Source of the DNA: Eledone cirrhosa
Lineage: Eukaryota
NCBI GenBank assembly: GCA_964016885.1
Contig: OZ024740.1
Coordinates: forward strand, 364,498,001 to 364,562,000
Length of the DNA: 64,000 nucleotides
Direction: 5' to 3'
Shown in pieces: positions 1-13,000 of the stretch (position 1 is the stretch's first letter; the number at the start of each line of letters is the position of its first letter). The notes beneath the pieces were generated by a model. It ran no database searches and was not told the DNA's origin. It saw only the letters and a program-made list of their open reading frames with translations. The translations under genes were made by a program, and so were the position numbers.

Positions 1-35
1 ATTGAGAAGATTAAAATCATACAAGAACTATGTAT

Positions 36-807
<772 letters not shown>

Positions 808-2036
808 CTAGCTGAATGACCCAGCATTGCCCGGGTTACTACTGTTCTTATTCAGATTCGTAAACAATAAATATGAAGATATATATTTTTTCTCATAATC
901 ATTTCAAAATATCTATATTTTATTTAAAAAAAAAAAATCAAAGTTGTAATGATAATAGAATTTAGAAATGAAAACCTGTCAATTTTGAAGCACCTCAGGG
1001 TAAACAATATTCATTGTGTAATTTTTTGTTGGTGTCCAAATGAATAAATTCTTGCTGCTTCAAACTCGTGAGCAACTAACATAGTATTGACTGTAGGAGA
1101 AACGTAGTAGAGAGATCAAGTCCAACTACCTTGAGGGATTGACCCTGAGATTTGTTAATTGGAATAACAAAACTTTATTTGACTGGAAACTGAAGCCTCT
1201 TAAATTCAAGTAGAACAGCTGTAGGTAATAGAGGAATTTTCAGAATAAAGACATTTTTTTTTCAATATTGTAAACAAATAAGTATCAACATCAAAATAAA
1301 TAAATATTATTTTTGTATGCTGTGTAAATTAACCAAATATAAGCAAATGTATTAACTGCTAATTTAACGAACAGCCACACATACACTCAAACTTATAAAA
1401 AACATACTTTGACATACAGAATTTCACCCACAAACAGACACACATACACTCACACTAACTTATAAAAACACACACACACAGACGTACATTCATACAAACA
1501 CATACAGTTTCACCCATGAACAGACACACATACACTCACACACTTATAAAAACACACACCATACATTCATACAAACACACACATTTTCACCCCCCACCCT
1601 TGCGTTTATTATGTCAGTCGTCACAGAAATGTATGTATACTCACAGACACACACCCTCACATACTCACACACACATACACTCAAACACATATACTTGTCA
1701 GTCATCATATGTGAAGATGTGGTGTGTGTGTGTGTTTAATTCTCTGTGTATCTGATTAAATATTTACGTTAAGATGTATGTATCTTAACAGCATAAACTC
1801 AGACACACTCACAACACACTCATATACAAAATGTGACATTGTCGTCATCATAATATAGTTGACTATAGAAAGATTATTTTAGATAAAATGTTGTATTGTT
1901 TTAATCCAAATGAAAATAAAAAATACATGTTGTTAATCCCGGGGTCTATTACCTTGTCAAATTTGATTTGATTTGGTTGAGCCATTTGAGAATGCAAAAA
2001 GAAACAGAGAGACAAAGAATTTTATATATATAGAGA
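808..2036 (-). mobile_element. Non-autonomous Helitron
   Basis: On the minus strand it begins A|TCTCTATATATATAAAA at 2036. It ends with hairpin CCCGGGCAATGCTGGG and CTAG|T at 808. It sits between A and T with no TSD and has CA-rich internal repeats. Confidence 0.75.
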
Positions 2037-2039
2037 TGT

Positions 2040-2400
2040 ATGTACCGATTGTGTTGTTATTTCTGTTTACCTTTTACATATATATATATATATATATATG
2101 TGTGTAAAAAAGTAAACAGAAATAACAACACAATCGGTACAGTATATGGAAGGGGTATATTAGGTTAACGCTTGATATAGCAGGAAGAAGGTCTTAACGT
2201 TTCAGATGCTGGTCCTTCATCAGAAGAAAGAATGAGAAATAAGATAGATTGAGGGGATGGGTGGGTTGGAATTTGAAAACTGTTGGTGCTGGCGTTTTGT
2301 GTATGATTTACTTTTTAGAAAAGTGGATGATGGAACGCGTCTACCTGAACTGGAACCGTTTTGTAAAAAGAGCTATACTTGTACACGTGCATAAGCATAT
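2040..2400 (-). mobile_element. Penelope-like pseudo-LTR fragment with a ~35-bp inverted terminal duplication
   Basis: TGTACCGATTGTGTTGTTATTTCTGTTTAC (from 2041) is inverted at ~2112-2141 across a (TA)n tract. A hammerhead motif lies at 2192-2227. The same family recurs at ~46440-46611 (+) and ~50044-50077. Confidence 0.65.
2192..2227 (-). ncRNA. Minimal type I hammerhead ribozyme motif
   Basis: Minus strand: TCTT-CTGATGA-AGGACCAGCATCT-GAAA-C-GTT-AAGA. Stem I is TCTT/AAGA, AACGTT is palindromic at stem III, and stem II is weak. Confidence 0.65.
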
Positions 2401-2407
2401 ATGTGTG

Positions 2408-2448
<41 letters not shown>

Positions 2449-2714
2449 ATGTATATATATATATATATACATATACATATACATATACATATATATATAT
2501 ATATGAAAATGTGTGAGATCCATGGTACAGTTAGGTATATTTGAAAAAAAAAGAAAAGAATGACTTCACTTGTAGTTCTAAATAATTTGATTTAATTTTA
2601 TATTATAATATTATGAGTTGGTAGATCTAGTATTATAATATGATTTGGTAGATCTAGTTGGTAAATCAAATTATTTAGAATTACAAATGAAGTCATTCTT
2701 TTCCTTTTTTCAAA

Positions 2715-2842
2715 TATATATGTGTATATATATATATATATTTGTATATATGTGTATATATATATATATATTTATTTGTATATATGTGTATATATATATA
2801 TGTGTGTGTATATATATATATATGTATGTGTATGTATATATA

Positions 2843-2927
<85 letters not shown>

Positions 2928-2987
2928 CTATGTGTATGTATATATATGTCTGTATGTGTATGTATATATATGTATGTATGTGTATGT
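2715..2987. repeat. (TA)n/(TG)n compound microsatellite
   Basis: Directly visible; it is the insertion site of the RTE copy that follows. Confidence 0.95.
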
Positions 2988-3787
2988 TTTAGGGAACTAC
3001 TACCACTGCTAGCTGCAAAAGGCTTCTCCCTCAGAATGAAAGGCAGACTGTATGATGCGTGTATCCGAACAGCGATGTTGCATGGTAGTGAGACCTGGGC
3101 GCTGAAGGTGGAAGACTTACGTAGATTAGAGAGAAACGAAGCCTGCATGCTCCGATGGATGTGTAACAGTAATATACGTGAACGACAAAGCATAAATGAA
3201 TTGAGAGAGAGACTGAGCATAAGAGGAATCAAATGCTGTGTGCAGGAGAGTCGGTTGCGCTGGTATGGACATGTGATGCGTATGAAGGATGACAGCTGCA
3301 TAAAAAGGTGCAGAGCACTAGAAGTTGATGGAAACCGCGGAGTGGGGAGACCCAAGAGGACCTGGGATGAGGTGATAAAAGCCGACCTTACCCAATTACA
3401 CCTCTCAAAGGCAATGACACACGACCGTGACTTCTGGCGTCACGCAGTAATACAGAGTACCCGACCTCCCATGGGTACAAGCTGAAGCATATAGACAATA
3501 TGCCCCCCCCCCCCCCACCGCAAGGTGGTCGTGGAGGGGCCATGGCAAAAAAGCACCCAGCCCACACTGTAAAGTGGACGTGTAGGCGCCACGAAAAAGC
3601 ACCCAGCACTCACTGTAATGAGGTTGGTGTTAGGAAGGGCATCCAGCTGTAGAAATCAAGCCAAATCAGTTCCTGTATGAGCAAGGCATGGTCAGCAGAC
3701 CAGACACTGCCCACAACAGGACAACCCGTCTAACCCATGCTAGCGTGGAAGAACGGACGTAAAATGGTGATGATGATGATGATGATG

Positions 3788-3789
<2 letters not shown>
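2988..3789 (+). mobile_element. 5'-truncated RTE LINE (family A): ORF C-terminus, 3' UTR and (GAT)n tail
   Basis: Near-identical to 32869-33658; encodes ...[12 protein letters not shown]...[15 protein letters not shown]; has a (GAT)n tail. Confidence 0.93.
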
Positions 3790-3825
<36 letters not shown>

Positions 3826-3843
3826 ATGTATATATATGTATCT

Positions 3844-4099
3844 CTAGGGCGAGTAAAATTCCCAAGATCTATGGACGAGTTCTCTTCAGCGATCTCTGTC
3901 CCTCATCATTACTGTCATGTCCTGCCTCTCCAAGAGACCAGTGTCTGTCCTTAGGGCATCAACATATGTTAACCTTGGTCTTCCTCTTCCAGTGTGTCCA
4001 TGCAGGGGCTCCCACAGGAGCACTGAGTGCAGTGTCAACTCTGGATGTCGGTGAGTATGTTCTGCTAACCTCAGTCTCCTCTGTGTCACTTTTGAGCTG

Positions 4100-4103
<4 letters not shown>
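3844..4103 (-). mobile_element. 3' fragment of a second RTE-type LINE (family B)
   Basis: RRLRLAEH..RHPE..LLWEPLHG..GRPRLTYVDAL; matches 24510-24760 and 51990-52246. Confidence 0.85.
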
Positions 4104-4130
<27 letters not shown>

Positions 4131-4244
4131 TAATATATCTATATATATATATATATTAATATATCTATATATATATATATATATGTTTGTTAATAAATGT
4201 ATATAATATATATATATGTGTGTGTGTGTATGTATGTATGTATG

Positions 4245-4308
<64 letters not shown>

Positions 4309-4390
4309 AAAGTTTTATTTAAAATTGTTGGGTTACAACAAGTAAATATTTTATAACCGATATAAAGCACTCGACAAGTTTTTGGAGTAG

Positions 4391-4660
4391 ATATACGATA
4401 TTAAACAAATGGAAACTATATTTATAAAACCATATTTATTTCATTATACATATTTCAGGGATACCATATTAAAAATATGGCATGCCAGCCTCCAATCTTA
4501 ATGGTCGCTTATATTTATGGTACATCAAAATTATTTATAAAACTGTTTATATATTGTATTTTATCTGAAGAAGGCATGCCATATTTTTAATATGGTATCC
4601 CTGAAATATGTATAATGAAATAAATATGGTTTTATAAATATAGTTTCCATTTGTTTAATA
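4391..4660. repeat. ~96-bp inverted repeat (4391-4486 / 4573-4668) of a Penelope-like pLTR
   Basis: ATATACGATATTAAACAAATGG...AATATGGCATGCC is mirrored by GGCATGCCATATT...TTTAATATCGTATAT. Confidence 0.9.
4557..4622 (+). ncRNA. Type I hammerhead ribozyme
   Basis: TATTTTAT-CTGAAGA-[AGGCATGCCATATT TTT AATATGGTATCCCT]-GAAA-T-ATGT-A-TA-ATGAAATA. All three helices pair; predicted AUA cleavage after 4614. Confidence 0.85.
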
Positions 4661-4662
4661 TC

Positions 4663-4706
<44 letters not shown>

Positions 4707-4789
4707 GTATGTGCTGAATAGGACCCCTCCAACCCTTGCAAGCAGGGAAAAGCGGACGTAAAATGATGATGATGATGATATATATATAT

Positions 4790-6993
4790 AGTGAAAAATT
4801 GAACGGGAACAAAACAGAGAGGCAGTACGAACAAAGGTTTATTAATTTCACGCTCTTGAGAGTGGGGTGGTGGTGGGGAACGACGTTTCGGGCATAAGCC
4901 CTTCTTCAGATGAAAAGTGTGTGGGAAGAGAGTTCAAAGGGTGTGTAGGGGAGTGGTGGAGAGACATATAGCAAAAAGGGGGTGAGAGGAAACGGTGCAA
5001 ATGAAATTAAAAATAAAGGCATGATCAAAATAAAATTAAAATGGGGTAAAACAGGTGGTGGAAGGGTGTGGGGCGGGTGGAGTGGGGAGAGTGAGACGGG
5101 GTGTCCGAGCGGGGAGGGCTGAAGGTGGTGTGTGTGTGTAGGTGTACGTGTGTGTGTGTGTGTATGTGAAAGCAAGGGTTGGGGGAAGAACGGGGTTGCA
5201 TGTTCAGGAAGAGTGTGTGTGGGGTGGGGGTGTAGGTCGGAGTGCGTGTGCGTGTGTGGATAGAGGGGTGGGGGGAGAGGATTCCGGAGGCTGAATGTGT
5301 AAATATGTGGTGGTACGCACGTGTGTGTGTGGTGTTTATGCGTGTTGTGGATGTAGGTGGCGTGTGAGAAAAAAAATTTTTTTGGGTGTGTCTGGGGTGA
5401 GTCGTAAAGGTGATTCCGTAAAAGGATGTGGTGGAATGCTGAGTAAAATCCTGGGATGCCGTAGATTCTCGGGATCAAGGTTCACATATGTGTAATCCGT
5501 GAAGAGATTGGTCGGAAGAGGGGAGATGTGGGGTGCGCGCGCAACAGGAAGTGGTCAGAGGGTCAAGGCAGGAGGAGGGTTGTGTGTCTGTGTGTGCGGG
5601 GAGGTGGTCAGAGAGGCATAGCAGCAGCAGTAGGGTAGAATGGTAAGTGAAGGTGTGTCAGTGTGTGCGGAGGTGCGGTGGACAGGGGAGAGGATGGGTA
5701 GGTGTGAAAGTTGGAGTGAGGAGGGGGTGTGTGTGTATTAGTAGAGGTGTTAGTGGGATGTGTGAGTGTTTGAGAAAGGGTGTGGGTGGAGCAGGGAGAG
5801 AAGGGTGTGGGGGCCGATGGAGGGAGTGTAGTGTACTGGTGTGTGTGTGTGGTGAAGGGGGTGTTAGTGGGTGTTAGTATACTGGAGGTGGAGAAAGGGT
5901 TGAATGCGGGTGTGAGTGGGGGTCAGTGGTGGTAGGGTGTGTGTGTTCGTGTGCGTAGGGTTGGGGGGTATTAGTGATGTTAGTTGCGTGTAGAGTGGGT
6001 TTGTGTGCTTGGGATCAGGAGGTGTTAGTGATGTTAGTTGCGGGGTGGTGGGGTGGATGTGTGGGGGTGAGGATTGGTGGTGGTAGTAGGGTGTGTGTTT
6101 AGTGTGAGCGCGTGTATATATGTACCGGTGGGTGTGTGCGTGTGATAAGGAGGGGGAGGAGAAGAAGGGAGGGATGTTAGTATGTTAGTTGGGGAAGGGT
6201 GGTCGGATGTGGGGTGGAGGTGTTAGTATTGTTAGTTGTGGGGTGGGCGGTGAAAAGGAGGGGTGTGTTAGTGGTGTTAGTGGGGGATATGTGTGGGGGG
6301 GAGGGGAGCGGTCGAAGGCTAAAGGAATAAGGGTGGAGAGTTCAGGCCGGGGGGGGGGAGCTGTGGACGAGGAGGGTGCGGAGATTGCGTGCGCGTTTGA
6401 AGGAGGGGAGTGGTGGGGCTGGGAAGATGTGGGAGGTGGAGGGGTCGGAAGAGGCGGAGGATGGTGCGGTGGAGGGGTGGTAGGTGATGGGGAAGGGGAG
6501 ACGGTGGGCGGGTGTGCGGTGGCGTGGGGTGAGGATGGTGGAGCGGTGGACAGCGCGGGCGCGGGTGAGAGCGGTGTGGACGAGAGAGAGGGGTTAACCT
6601 CTACGGATGAAATGGCTGACTAGGGAAAGGGCCTGGGACTCAAAGTCAGCATCTCGGCCACAGAGGCGGCGGATCCTGAGGAGTTGGGAGGAGAGAATAG
6701 AGTGTTTAGTGTGTGTGGGGTGGGAAGAGGTGAAGTCGAGGTAGGAGTGGGAGTCGGTGGGTTTGTAGAAGGCGGAGGTGACGAGGGAGTGGTGGGAGGG
6801 GTCGAAGGCGACGGAGATGTCTAAGAAGTGGACGTGGGTGGTGGAGATAGAGGTGGTGAAGTGGAGGGAGGGGTGGAAGGAGCAGAAGAAGGAGAGAAAG
6901 GAGTCGAGCTGTTCTCGGGTGATGGTCGTGGCTCCGATACAGTCGTCGATGTAATGACCGTACAGTTCGGGCGTGGGGCCGGTGTACTGGGCT
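4790..6993 (-). mobile_element. 5'-truncated Penelope-like element: RT core and thumb, long low-complexity 3' region, pLTR with hammerhead
   Basis: ORF 6594-7073 has YIDDC, FLDISV, FYKPTDSHSYLDFTSSHP and SQLLRIRRLC, typical of PLE RT. After frameshifts comes the linker ...SFKRARNLRTLLVHS. A hammerhead core lies near the 3' end. It abuts (TA)n at both ends. Confidence 0.85.
4882..4909 (-). ncRNA. Hammerhead ribozyme core in the PLE pLTR
   Basis: CTGAAGA-A-GGGC-TTAT-GCCC-GAAA-C-GTC; stem I pairing is poor. Confidence 0.65.
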
Positions 6994-7363
6994 ATATATA
7001 TATATATAGAGAGAGATATGTGAATAATATAACTAACTTTATCATTAATAAGCTGGTGTTTGAAGCATAACAAAGGTTCTTACATAAAATTATGTAAGCA
7101 CTATAACAAATGGTTTTGTATCATATAGAGAGGGGTAGTTTCATATGATTTGGTATCAAAAGGGTTAAGAAAAGGATATATTAGATAATGTCGTCATGCA
7201 GAGCACTAAAAAGACAGGTTGACTAAGCACCAATAACCATTTATTTATTATTACTAAATCTCTAGAATATTTTGATTATTTTCAAAACTATTTGAAAATT
7301 ATAGGCAGCTTCTCCCATTAGAAGTATGGTAACAAATCAATTAAAGAAAGAGTATGATTACAA

Positions 7364-7579
7364 TTAAACCTTTAGCATTTACATTACTCTATATATACTA
7401 TTATATTTTCGTGGTAAAAGCTTTAGCTCACATAATATCGAATCTATGAGATTTTGATATTATTTATTTTGAGAATCATACCTTAACATCAGTAAGAGTG
7501 GCTGGTTACAGCCAGTTTGAACAGAAAGAGGTGAAAGAATTTTGGCCGGATATGGCTGGTTTAAATTCTAAAGGGTTAA
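7364..7579 (+). mobile_element. ~210-bp TTAA-flanked MITE (family M1, piggyBac-like ends). Other copies: 13147-13365, 17318-17533, 18581-18783 (inverted), 20122-20440, 21036-21261, 58205-58419, 61165-61380
   Basis: Consensus termini TTAACCCTTTAGCATTT ... AAATGCTAAAGGGTTAA; shared internal sequence in 8 copies. Confidence 0.8.
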
Positions 7580-7739
7580 AACAACTCTGATCATTGATAT
7601 GTACAGTCATGATTGACCTGTGGCTAAACAACAACAATGAACCCTTTTTAACCTGAATTCTAAAGAAATATGGTAATCATTATCAACTGTATACTTTCTC
7701 AGAATATTCATGATAGATTTCTTTTGTTGGCACAGTCAG

Positions 7740-8440
7740 CATCATCATAATCATCATCATTATCATGTCTGTTTTTCCATGCTTGTATGGGTTAGTTTGT
7801 TCTCTAGACTAGGTCAGTAATTAATCATCATAATCATCATCAATGTCATCATCATTAATGTCATTAATGTCATTATTTGACATCTGCTTTTCCATGCTGG
7901 TATGGGTTAGATTGTTCTCAACAGACCAAGTCAGTATTTAATCAGAGCTACTGACCTCTCCAGCCTGTGCTTTGCTTTCATACATTCCAGCACTTTACTA
8001 TGTGTACAGTGTACATTTTATCATGGCACTGGCACTAGGGAGGCTTTCATATCTTTGAGATAACCTACGATTCCTCTTAACCTTTTGTTTGGCATGATTT
8101 CTACTGTTGGATGCTCTTCCTAATGCCAACCACCTTACAGTGTATTGGATATATTTTATTGTGGCACCAGCACTAGAGAGACTGTTGTGGAATTGACACA
8201 ATCAAAGTCTTCTTCAAAGGGTTGGTCAGTTTTCTACATCTGGATGCTCTTCTAAATGCCAAACATTTTAGAGTGTATTGGGAGCATATTATCATAGTAC
8301 CAACACTAGAGGTTGTTGTGTTTGCGAAATGACTAAAAGACCCTCTCAATATTTTTGGCATAGTTTCTATTACTAGATGCCATTCCTAACACTTTACAGA
8401 GTCTTTTGGGTGCATTTTTCATGGCATCAGCACTAGAGAA
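7740..8440 (-). mobile_element. RTE-tail-derived short repeat with internal tandem duplications. Similar elements at ~21535-21900, 41390-41705, 44400-44865, 48625-48935, 56245-56690
   Basis: Shares AACCCATGC.AGC.TGGAA...(GAT)n and AGGGCATCCAGCTGTAGAAA with the RTE family A 3' UTR; the AAAATGCACCCAGTACACT.TGTAAAGTGG unit is repeated. Confidence 0.65.
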
Positions 8441-9319
8441 GTTGCAAGTTTGCAGAATCAGTCAGTTCTAATGGAATTTAAACTCAGAACCCAGAGGCAC
8501 AAAAGCTGGTTCTCTTTCACAAAGTATTTTATTCTGTTTATAACAAACAAAACTTTTTGGTATGTATGTGTGCAAGTGCATGCATGTGTTGTTTGAATGT
8601 GAGCACATGTGTGTGCTTATGTGTGTTTGTTTATGTGTGTATGCGTTAGTATTTGTGTGTATGCAGACAATTTTCTGAATATATTGGACAAAATTGGAGC
8701 AGATATGTGAATATTTTCCTTCTGCTATTTTAGTATTTCATCTTTATCTAAAACACTGAAAACATCCATCTTCAATGAAACAATTTATTGATATTTTTCT
8801 CTCCCTCTCTCTCTGTATTATTTGATATCTTTCTGATGATATGACCTTCAAACAGTTTTAATAATCATATTTCGTTTGGTATTAATAATGATTCCTCATT
8901 CTCACATAAATAGTTTTAATATTATCCATTGTATATTATTTTGAATCTTTTTAACATTCTGAGAGAGCTTTGCTGATAAGAAGCAGGCTTGACTTTTATT
9001 TTGTCTTTCCACTGACTTTTCAGAATATTGTTTATTGTGCTTCATGCATGAGAAAGAGATAGTACCATGAAATTTATTTACATATTTTCTCAATTTTCTC
9101 CACCTAGTATCTATCCTATGTTTGGCTTCATGCAAGTGAGTGTTTAAGCTTGCAAATCTGATAATCATTTTAAAAATTTATGACAAACATGTTGTAGATT
9201 TCACCTTGGGAGTTTGCTACCCTTCACTTTCCAATATATATTTCGCAACCCATTACTTTTTCTTAATTTTCCATCTTGGCAACAATCCACTTTGTGTGTG
9301 TGTGTGCTAGAGAGTTTAC

Positions 9320-10263
9320 ATTAGATTCTGCACCAATGGATGCCTCTTCAACCTGCAGTGGTTTCAGACACACACCAAGACCACAGGAAAACTGATCTTA
9401 GAGCTCCTGTTTGCTGATGATACCCCATTTGTTGCACACACTGAATGAACCATGCAGTGTCTTACCTCATGCTTTTCAAATGCTCCTGACCTCTTTGGCT
9501 TAGAAGTCAGCTTGAAGAAGATTGAAGTCTTCTACCAGCCTTCTCCCAAGGAGGTATACCACCTGCCAAATATTTTCATTAAGCAGGCCAAGTTGAATGC
9601 TGTGCAGTAGTTTTGCTATATTGGGAATGTCAGTGAAAGACTTAACAAGAGAGTGTGTAGAGAAGTAACAACCTCAAGACAAAGCTCGGTCGCTACAGGG
9701 CTGTAATTCTCCCCACTCTATTATATGGCTCTGAGTCATGAGTTTTATACCAGTGTCTGCTTATCGTATTAAACATCCACTGGAGTGACTATCACCAACA
9801 CAGAGAGGTCCTTAAGAAAACCAAGACCACAGCAGCTCTGGGTGGTCATGTCTCCAGTATAGCAGACCATCACATGCTAAAGATTATACTCTATGGAGAA
9901 TTGTCTTCTGACTGTCAAAACAGCAGTGTGCTCAAGAAGCAGTACAAAGACATGTTAAAAAATACCCTGAAACCATGTAACATCAACCTCCAACAGTGAA
10001 CACCCAGGCCTCTGACCGCAATACTTGGCACTGCACCATCCGGCAAGCTACCAATGCATATGAGGCCAACCAGCGTGTCAACCTGGAGGAGAAGAGAGCC
10101 CAATGGAAGGACTGTGTCAGGGCAAAGCCAAACACAACACAGACATTTCACTGCGGCCACTGCAGGCAGATCTGCTGGTCTCGGATTGGTCATATCAGTC
10201 ACTAGCAGGGACAATGGAGGGGACTCGGCCTTTAGGTATCTTTGTATCAAAGTCATCACCATC
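9320..10263 (+). pseudogene. Degenerate RTE (BovB/RTE1-type) LINE 3' half
   Basis: IRFCTNGCLFNLQ..THTKT..LILELLFADDT, LLYGSES and a C-terminal CGHC..SRIGHISH zinc finger; many stops. Confidence 0.85.
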
Positions 10264-10570
10264 ATGTGTGCATATATGCAGGCTTTTTTCATGTGGCTAT
10301 ATATGTGTTTGTGTGCATACGTGCAGGTATTTGTCCATGTGCCTCTGCATGTGCTTGTATACATACATGCAGATGTTTTCCCATGTGTGTGTCTGTTTAT
10401 GTGTGCATACATGCTGGCATTTGCCCATGTGCCTGTGTATGTATGTGCATACAAGCAGCCATTTGTCCATGTGCCTGTGTGTGTATGTATGTGCATATAT
10501 GCAGCCATTTCTCCATGTGCCTGTGTGCATATGTATGTGCATACATGCAACCATTTGTCCATGTACATCT
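10264..10570. repeat. Minisatellite, ~36-44 bp units (GTGCATACATGCAGCCATTTGTCCATGTGCCTGTGT...)
   Basis: About 7 visible degenerate units. Confidence 0.85.
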
Positions 10571-10933
10571 CTGTGCTGGCTTCTTCTTTCCTTTTTTCTT
10601 CCCCTGTGGCCTTTCTATTTTAAACAAGTTTATCAATAAGATTAGATACCTTGGAGAAAACTGCAGTTGTAAATGGGATTTCTTGATATAATTGAAATGG
10701 TATTTCAGAAAGTAGTAATACCAGCATGATATCTTGTAATGCATTATTTCAAACCTTAGAGATGATCTAACATTTTAAAGTTTCATTGCCTTTTTCATAG
10801 CCTTTTCCACCCACTTGAAATCAGTGAGGAACAAATCAATAAAATGGGAAAAATTAACTTTAAAATGTTGAAATAAATAAATATTTCATCTCCTCTCAAA
10901 AATGTTTCACACAATTCAATTTCTGATTCTATA

Positions 10934-11173
10934 TTAACTCTTTCAATGCCAATCTGCTTGAAACTTCCCCTGGTTCTATGATACAGAGCTATTGATTTTA
11001 AAGTGTTTATATTTATCTAAAAACCTTCCATCATACTTTTATGTAAGAATCTGTTTAATACTCAAAAAGTTAGTTATTTTTACTAAATCCCTCAAAACTC
11101 TTATTTATTTTCAAAATTATTTAAAAATCATAAGTAGTGTCTTTCATTCAAAATATGTCGATGAAAGGGTTAA
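10934..11173 (+). mobile_element. ~240-270-bp TTAA-flanked MITE (family M2). Full or partial copies also at ~7020-7168, 13835-14035, 16000-16205, 19262-19530, 20000-20120, 22520-22655, 24080-24410, 37012-37259, 39606-39710, 54115-54330, 57457-58020, 62905-63300
   Basis: Shared core GAAACCACCCCTGGTTCTATGATACAAAAC...CCTTCCATCATAATTTTATGTAAGAAC...GAAATATGGTAA.GAAAGGGTTAA. Confidence 0.75.
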
Positions 11174-12243
11174 ATAAATTATTCTATTTCATTTTCCTTA
11201 TAATTTGTTTAATCTTGGTCAGTGTTAACATTAGTCTCAAAGAAAGTACATACTTGTAATCATGTAATCTAACACATTTTTATCTCCTGTCAATTATAGT
11301 AAAAAAAAATGTAGTTGCCTCCTTTAAATTTTTGTTGGTGTTGTTGCTTCACTGTTATTATGTTGTACTGAAATGAATTGAACATGCTCTGCTAGATGTG
11401 TAATGTCAATAGTGTATATGACTGATGAAATACAGATGAGTTGAGATAAAAAAACTGGTTATACGAGGAGTCATATGTGGTGTGCTGTAGAGAAGATTGT
11501 GTTGGTACAGACAGGTGAGTGTGACTGAGTAAAGAAGTACCAGTAGTTTCGGGTTGAAGGAGGATGTGGTAAGAGCAGATGGAGGAAGATTTGAGGGCAG
11601 ATATGGTATAAACTGATCTCAGGATGCTGCACATCATGAAGGCAAGAAATAAATGGAGAGATGCTGTATTTAAGGTGACTTGTCGAACCCATACATGGAA
11701 AATGACAATGATGATAATGTAAGGAAACTTCTGCTAAGATATGTCTGCAAGCTATGTTTCCATTCTCATAGCCAGCTGAATGATGAAAATATTCAATATT
11801 TTATCAAATTGTTTTATCATTTTTATTATTTTAAAAATTAATTGCAATACTTTGATGGTATCTTTCATTAGAAATGTAACGATGAAAGGGTTAAGTTATG
11901 CCCTAAATACCAGATTAATAATGGAAAAGAATCTAACAAAATCTTCATGCTGTGAGTTCAAATCACAGCATGGTCAACTTCTGGGGTCAATAAAATAAAG
12001 TGCCAGTCTAGTACTGAAGTTGATTTTATTGATTTTCCTTTTCCCTAAATTGCTGGCCTTGTGCCATTCTAGAAATTATTTCTAGCTAATAGTAGTTAGC
12101 TAATAACATGGAAACTTGGGGTTACTTATATTCTCTGTGTATGTATGTATGTAAAATGCACACATGTCTACATGTCTACAAGCATACAGACATTTACATT
12201 CTATTTCTTGTTAAAGAATATGGCTTTCTGTTTTTCAGTTTGA

Positions 12244-12295
<52 letters not shown>

Positions 12296-12854
12296 GGTCA
12301 GATCAGAATATGCAATCTAACCAGATACTGTTGAACTATTGTATAAAATGAAAAAACAATTATTTATGCAAGGATTAGTGGGGGATTTCCATATTGTCTA
12401 ATCCAATGTCTCCAGCAGAGTTGTTTCTTTGTTCCTTTGTTTGCATAAAATATAGGAAAATAATTTCAATTTGGTTCCAGAGAAATAATATTTTGAAATA
12501 CTATTTGCACAATGCAATGCTTGTTATAACAAATTTGATTGAATTATATTGCAAAAGTATTTTAACCCTTTTCTGATTGTATTTCTAATGAAATACACTC
12601 TATTTTGATTTATTAATGAAGAATTTTGAAGCATTTACTAAAATTATTTCATTACAAAGATGGTAACTTTATATATGGTTCTTATATAAAATTGTTAGAA
12701 AATTTTAATTTAAATAAGAATACTTTAAAATGAGTGGTTTATATTCATAGAATGAGAGCCGGCTTTTGTTGGATTGGTATCAAAAGACTTAATTTAAATA
12801 GGGACCCTTAAAATGGGTAGTTTTGTTTCATCAAACCTTATCTGTATTGGCACA

Positions 12855-13000
12855 GGCATGGCTGTGTGGTTAAGATGTTCAGTTTACAACCATGTGGCTT
12901 TGGGTTCACTCCTACTTGATTGTCTTTTACTATAATGTTAGGTTGACAAATTTTTTGTGAGTGAAATTTGGGGGAGACAGTAACAGCAGAAACCTGTCAT
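12855..13000 (+). mobile_element. tRNA-headed SINE. Related copies at ~38648-38785 and 39775-39900 (+), 45545-45690 (-)
   Basis: A-box-like TGGCTGTGTGGTTAAG and B-box-like GGGTTCACTCC. Confidence 0.6.

Noticed and set aside
2742-3485. 247-aa ORF as a novel fusion protein
   Set aside because: Chance in-frame join of a microsatellite with a truncated RTE.
9915-10744. Overlapping 115-217 aa ORFs
   Set aside because: Produced by a stop-poor minisatellite beside a dead RTE.
12855-12915. tRNA gene (and similar heads at 19848, 38650, 54332)
   Set aside because: Only degenerate A/B boxes, no complete cloverleaf; mostly followed by SINE body.
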